DNA from: Nocardioidaceae bacterium
GTDB lineage: Bacteria > Actinomycetota > Actinomycetes > Propionibacteriales > Nocardioidaceae
Length of the DNA: 64,000 nt
Assembly: GCA_025966335.1 (NCBI GenBank)
Contig: JAICRS010000001.1
Span: 5,613 to 69,612, forward strand
Direction of reading: 5' to 3'
The notes beneath the pieces were generated by a model. The model did not search any database, was not told the origin of the DNA, and saw nothing but the letters and a program-made list of their open reading frames with translations. Below are positions 60,070-64,000 of the stretch, piece after piece. The position numbers were made by a program, and so were the translations under genes. The stretch's first letter is position 1. Each line of letters opens with the position of its first letter.

Positions 60070-61064
60070 TGCTCACAGGTCTCATCTCCCCGTTCCGCCG
60101 GACCAGCGGGATGGCCCGGTGGATCCTGGTCTCCGGCCTGTTCATCACCGGGGTCTTCATCGCGTTCGCGCTGTTCGCGCCCTGGATCGCGCCGTACGAC
60201 TTCAACCAGCAGACCGTGGACGGCGTCAAGTTCGACAAGATGGCGCCGCCGGACGGCGACCACTGGTTCGGCACCAACGACCAGTTCTACGACGTGCTCT
60301 CCCGGGTGATCTGGGGAGCCCGGACCGCGGTCGAGGTGGTCGCCCTCTCCGTGATGTTCTCCGTGGTGATCGGCGTCCCGCTCGGGCTGCTGTCCGGGTT
60401 CGTCGGCGGCTGGGTCGACCGAGTGCTGGTCTTCCTGATGGACTCGCTGTACGCGATGCCCTCGCTGCTGCTCGCGATCGTGTTCTCCTTCCTGCTTCGC
60501 GGACCGCTCGGCGGCGGCATCATCGCCGCGGCCCTCTCGCTGACAGCGATCTACATCCCGCAGTACTACCGGGTGGTGCGCAACACCACCGTCAGTGCAC
60601 GGGAGGCGACGTACGTCGAGGCGGCGCGCGCGATCGGCGCGAAGAACGGCACGATCATGGGTCGCTACCTGTTCGGGAACGTGATCCAGTCGGTCCCGGT
60701 GATCGGCACGCTGAACGCGGCGGACGCGATCGGCACGCTCGCCGCACTCGGCTTCCTCGGCCTGGGCATCCAGCCGAACGAGGCATCGGAGTGGGGCTAC
60801 GACCTGAGCCGCGCCCTCGACGACGCCGCGGCCGGGATCTGGTGGACCACCGTCTTCCCCGGGATGGCGATCGTGCTGCTGGTGACCGGGTTGACCCTGG
60901 TCGGTGAGGGGCTGAACGAGACCGTGAACCCGGCGCTGCGCAAGCGGAGGCTGCGCCCGGTCCAGCTGCCGCCGCACGAGCCGAGCACCTACCTGGCCGA
61001 GAAGGACGACACCCGGTTCGCCGTCGGCGACCGGGAGACGGTCGAGAAGAGGGACGAACGATGA
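60069..61064 (+). CDS. Peptide ABC transporter permease (DppC/OppC-like)
   Basis: HWFGTNDQ.YDVLSR.IWGAR, YVEAARAIGA, LGFLGLG, EWG, WW..FPG. Confidence 0.92.
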   Translation: MLTGLISPFRRTSGMARWILVSGLFITGVFIAFALFAPWIAPYDFNQQTVDGVKFDKMAPPDGDHWFGTNDQFYDVLSRVIWGARTAVEVVALSVMFSVVIGVPLGLLSGFVGGWVDRVLVFLMDSLYAMPSLLLAIVFSFLLRGPLGGGIIAAALSLTAIYIPQYYRVVRNTTVSAREATYVEAARAIGAKNGTIMGRYLFGNVIQSVPVIGTLNAADAIGTLAALGFLGLGIQPNEASEWGYDLSRALDDAAAGIWWTTVFPGMAIVLLVTGLTLVGEGLNETVNPALRKRRLRPVQLPPHEPSTYLAEKDDTRFAVGDRETVEKRDER

Positions 61065-62137
61065 CCGAGATGACCGACAGGTCGGCGAGCACCGCCACGT
61101 CCGGTGGCCCGGTGATCGACGCCCGCGACCTCCGGATCTGGTACGGCACCGATCGGGGCCCGGTCAAGGCCGTCGACGGGGTGAGCTTCACCCTCCGCAA
61201 GGGCGAGATCCTGGGCCTGGTCGGTGAGTCGGGCTGCGGCAAGTCCACCCTCGGCCGCGGCCTGCTCGGACTGCTGCCGGAAGGCGCCAAGATGGACGGG
61301 CAGCTGCGCTTCAACGGCGAGGACCTGCTCGCGCTGCCGAAGAAGCAGATGTTCGCCAAGCGCGGCGCGGAGCTCGGGATGATCTTCCAGGAGCCGCTGA
61401 CCCGGCTCAACCCGCTGATGCGGATCTCCGAGCACTTCGAGGAGACGCTGAAGGCCCACGAGAAGCGGATCGGCAAAGCCGAGATCGAGCGTCGGTCGAT
61501 GGAGGTGCTCCGGTTGATGGGCATCCCGCCGACCCGCTTCCGCTCCTACCCCCACGAGTTCTCCGGTGGAATGCGGCAGCGGTTGATGATCGCGTTGTCG
61601 CTCGTGCTGCGACCGTCGTTCGTGGTGGCCGACGAGCCGACCACCGCGCTCGACGTACTCGTGGAGGCGCAGATCATCCGGATCCTGCACGACCTGCGGC
61701 GTGAGTTCGACACCTCGCTGCTGCTGATCACCCACAACCTGGGCATCATCGCCGAGGCGTGCGACCGGGTCGCGGTGATGTACGCCGGCGAGGTCGTCGA
61801 GATCGGCGACGCGCGCGACGTGTTCGCCGAGCCGCAGCACCCCTACACCCGGGAGCTTCTGCGCTCCACGATCTCGCTGGCCTCGACCGGTCTCAACTTC
61901 ATCCCCGGTGCGCCACCGGACCTGGTGGACCCGCCTCCGGGCTGCCACTTCCACCCCCGCTGCCCGGACGCGATGAACGTGTGCGCCACCACGCACCCGA
62001 TCCAGCGGGAGATGAAGAACGGGAGCCGCACCCAGTGCTGGGCGGCCGATCTCCGGAACGGCTACGCCCAGGACCTGACACCCGAGCAGACCACGCCGCT
62101 GAGCCGCGAGGAGATCTCCGTTGCAGACGAAGCCTGA
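61061..62137 (+). CDS. Peptide ABC transporter ATP-binding protein (DppD-like)
   Basis: GESGCGKST, YPHEFSGGMRQR, ADEPTTALD, HPYT, C-terminal C-x-FHPRC-x6-C-x17-C. Confidence 0.93.
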   Translation: MTEMTDRSASTATSGGPVIDARDLRIWYGTDRGPVKAVDGVSFTLRKGEILGLVGESGCGKSTLGRGLLGLLPEGAKMDGQLRFNGEDLLALPKKQMFAKRGAELGMIFQEPLTRLNPLMRISEHFEETLKAHEKRIGKAEIERRSMEVLRLMGIPPTRFRSYPHEFSGGMRQRLMIALSLVLRPSFVVADEPTTALDVLVEAQIIRILHDLRREFDTSLLLITHNLGIIAEACDRVAVMYAGEVVEIGDARDVFAEPQHPYTRELLRSTISLASTGLNFIPGAPPDLVDPPPGCHFHPRCPDAMNVCATTHPIQREMKNGSRTQCWAADLRNGYAQDLTPEQTTPLSREEISVADEA

Positions 62138-63476
62138 GCCCGCCGTCGTCGGCGACGACCTGATCGAGATGTCCGAGCTCGAGGTGCACTACGAGCTCCG
62201 GGGCGGCACCCTGTCCCGGCTGCTCGGGGTGGGCGCCGGCACGGTCAAGGCCGTCGACGGGGTGAACGTCACGCTGCGCAGGGGAGAGGTGCTCGGTGTC
62301 GTCGGCGAGTCCGGCAGCGGCAAGACGACGCTCGGCCGCGCACTGCTCGGCCTCGCGAAGTCGACGCGCGGCACGATCACCTACCGCAAGCCACGTGCCG
62401 GCGGGGAGCACCCCGAGCAGGTGGTCTCGAAGATGTCGGCCCGCGAGCTCCGTGAGCTGCGCACCGACCTGCAGATGGTCTTCCAGGACCCGCACGCGGC
62501 GCTGAACCCGTCGATGAGCATCGAGACCGCGGTCGGTCACCCGCTGAAGATCCATGGCATCGCCTCCGGTGAGGAGCTGCGCAAGCGGGTCGCCGCGGCC
62601 CTGGAGCGGGTCGGGCTCTCCCCGGCCGAGCAGTTCATGCGCAAATACCCCTCCGACCTCTCCGGCGGCCAGAAGCAGCGGGCGGTGATCGCCCGGGCGA
62701 TCATCCTCGACCCGGAGGTGCTCGTCGCCGATGAGCCGGTGTCGATGCTCGACGCGAGCGTCCGCGCGAAGATCCTGCAGCTGATGCTGGACCTGAAGGC
62801 CGACCTGGGCCTGACCTACGTCTACATCACGCACGACCTCGCGACCGCCAAGTTCTTCTGCGACCGGATCGCGATCATGTACCTCGGCCGGATCGTCGAG
62901 ATCGGCCCCACCGACGAGATCTTCGCCGATCCCAAGCACCCCTACACCAAGGCGCTGCTCAAGGCCATCCCGGAGCCGGACCCGCACAAGGTGGTGCCAC
63001 GCGACCTGCCACGCGGCGAGATCCCCGACGCGGCGAGCCCGCCGCTCGGCTGCTCGTTCCACCCGCGCTGTCCCGAGGCCGTCGCCGAGTGCGGCTGGGA
63101 GTCCCGCGACCTCCGCAACCTGCTCGAGGAGCACTGGACCCGGCAGGACCCGTCGGTCTACGAGTCCGAGCAGGGCCTGGTGGGCGACCTCGGCGTGCTC
63201 GACAAGCCGCAGAAGCGGGTGACGATCGGCAAGGGAGCCGACTCGGCACGCGTCCGCCAGCTGCTCGACCGCGCCCGGGCCGAGAACCCGTCGGAACCGC
63301 TGTGGCGCGGCGTGGACGAGGTGCGGGAGACCGAGGACGGGGTCGAGGTGGTGTTCCACAAGGGCTACGACCCCTTGCTGAGGCCCTCCGGTGGTGTCGA
63401 GGTGGCCTGCGTGCTCTATCCGGAGCCGGTCACGCCCGAGCCGGCACGGCCGGAGGACGACCGCCACGGGTCGTAG
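62121..63476 (+). CDS. Peptide ABC transporter ATP-binding protein (DppF-like) with a C-terminal insertion
   Basis: GESGSGKTT, LSGGQKQR, ADEPVSMLD, HPYTKAL, CSFHPRC..C, then 105 aa before VAC. Confidence 0.9.
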   Translation: MQTKPEPAVVGDDLIEMSELEVHYELRGGTLSRLLGVGAGTVKAVDGVNVTLRRGEVLGVVGESGSGKTTLGRALLGLAKSTRGTITYRKPRAGGEHPEQVVSKMSARELRELRTDLQMVFQDPHAALNPSMSIETAVGHPLKIHGIASGEELRKRVAAALERVGLSPAEQFMRKYPSDLSGGQKQRAVIARAIILDPEVLVADEPVSMLDASVRAKILQLMLDLKADLGLTYVYITHDLATAKFFCDRIAIMYLGRIVEIGPTDEIFADPKHPYTKALLKAIPEPDPHKVVPRDLPRGEIPDAASPPLGCSFHPRCPEAVAECGWESRDLRNLLEEHWTRQDPSVYESEQGLVGDLGVLDKPQKRVTIGKGADSARVRQLLDRARAENPSEPLWRGVDEVRETEDGVEVVFHKGYDPLLRPSGGVEVACVLYPEPVTPEPARPEDDRHGS

Positions 63477-63553
63477 TACCTCCGGACAATTGTGACTCGC
63501 CCCGGCCAGGACACACGCTGTTCTCCTCAGACCCCCTCCAGAGGAGCAAAGCA

Positions 63554-63940
63554 ATGAAGGTGCGAACCATCGCAGGCGCCGGCGCAGCCCTCGCCATGAC
63601 CGTCGCCATGGTCGGTACGCCGGCGGTCGCCAACGACGACGACGTGATCCGGACCGGCTCGTGCAGTGGCAAGTCGGACTGGAAGGTCAAGGCCAGTCCT
63701 GAGGACAACGGCATCGAGTTCGAGGGCGAGGTGGACAGCAACAAGAACGGCCAGAAGTGGCGGTGGCGGATGAAGCACAACGGCGACCGCACCGCGCGCG
63801 GGGTCGCGACCACCCGCCCGCCGAGCGGCTCGTTCGACGTGGAGCGTTACATGTCGGACATGTCCGGGACCGATCACTTCGTGTTCCGTGCGCGGAACCC
63901 GCGCACCGGCGAGGTATGTCGCGGAACCGTGAAGTTCTGA
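63554..63940 (+). CDS. Small secreted beta-rich protein with a probable disulfide, function unknown
   Basis: RBS GAGGAG; signal peptide MKVRTIAGAGAALAMTVAMVGTPAVA; two Cys (GSCSG, EVCRG). Confidence 0.8.
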   Translation: MKVRTIAGAGAALAMTVAMVGTPAVANDDDVIRTGSCSGKSDWKVKASPEDNGIEFEGEVDSNKNGQKWRWRMKHNGDRTARGVATTRPPSGSFDVERYMSDMSGTDHFVFRARNPRTGEVCRGTVKF

Positions 63941-64000
63941 GCTCTCCGGGCGTCATACTGATGCCCCCGGGCTTGGAGGACCGTCGTGCGACTGATCAGG

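Overview
A 64-kb window of a very GC-rich actinobacterial chromosome; gene order and style suggest Nocardioides or a relative (inference). From tRNA-Leu(GAG) at 43618-43703 rightwards it is mostly conserved actinobacterial core: M20 peptidase, DUF5703, aldo/keto reductase, uppP, corA, the phosphomutase/DUF3090/SCO1664 genes, mshC, PAC2, metH, a HAD phosphatase and a peptide-type ABC importer. The left part is more accessory: galK, an ankyrin protein, guaB1, a BCCT transporter, a secreted M1 peptidase, a secreted PKD-like protein, a multi-component signalling/ABC-exporter module (19988-30641), a ROK-controlled glycoside uptake and catabolism cluster (30730-40153) and poxB. The best candidate for an undescribed system is a three-gene minus-strand operon at 8806-11085. 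It encodes an 81-aa peptide (28-aa non-repetitive N-terminus plus a 53-aa D-x-D-x-T repeat core), a ROX/YcfD-like JmjC oxygenase, and a translationally coupled sucrase/ferredoxin-like protein, behind a SigF/SigB-type promoter motif. This looks like a RiPP-style peptide poly-hydroxylation or metal-handling system. The second notable item is a multi-pass pseudo-histidine-kinase encoded 1 nt after an intact kinase, with a shared promoter motif on two flanking genes. No integrase, transposase, CRISPR array or rRNA was seen. Family assignments come from motif recognition by eye; no database searches were run.
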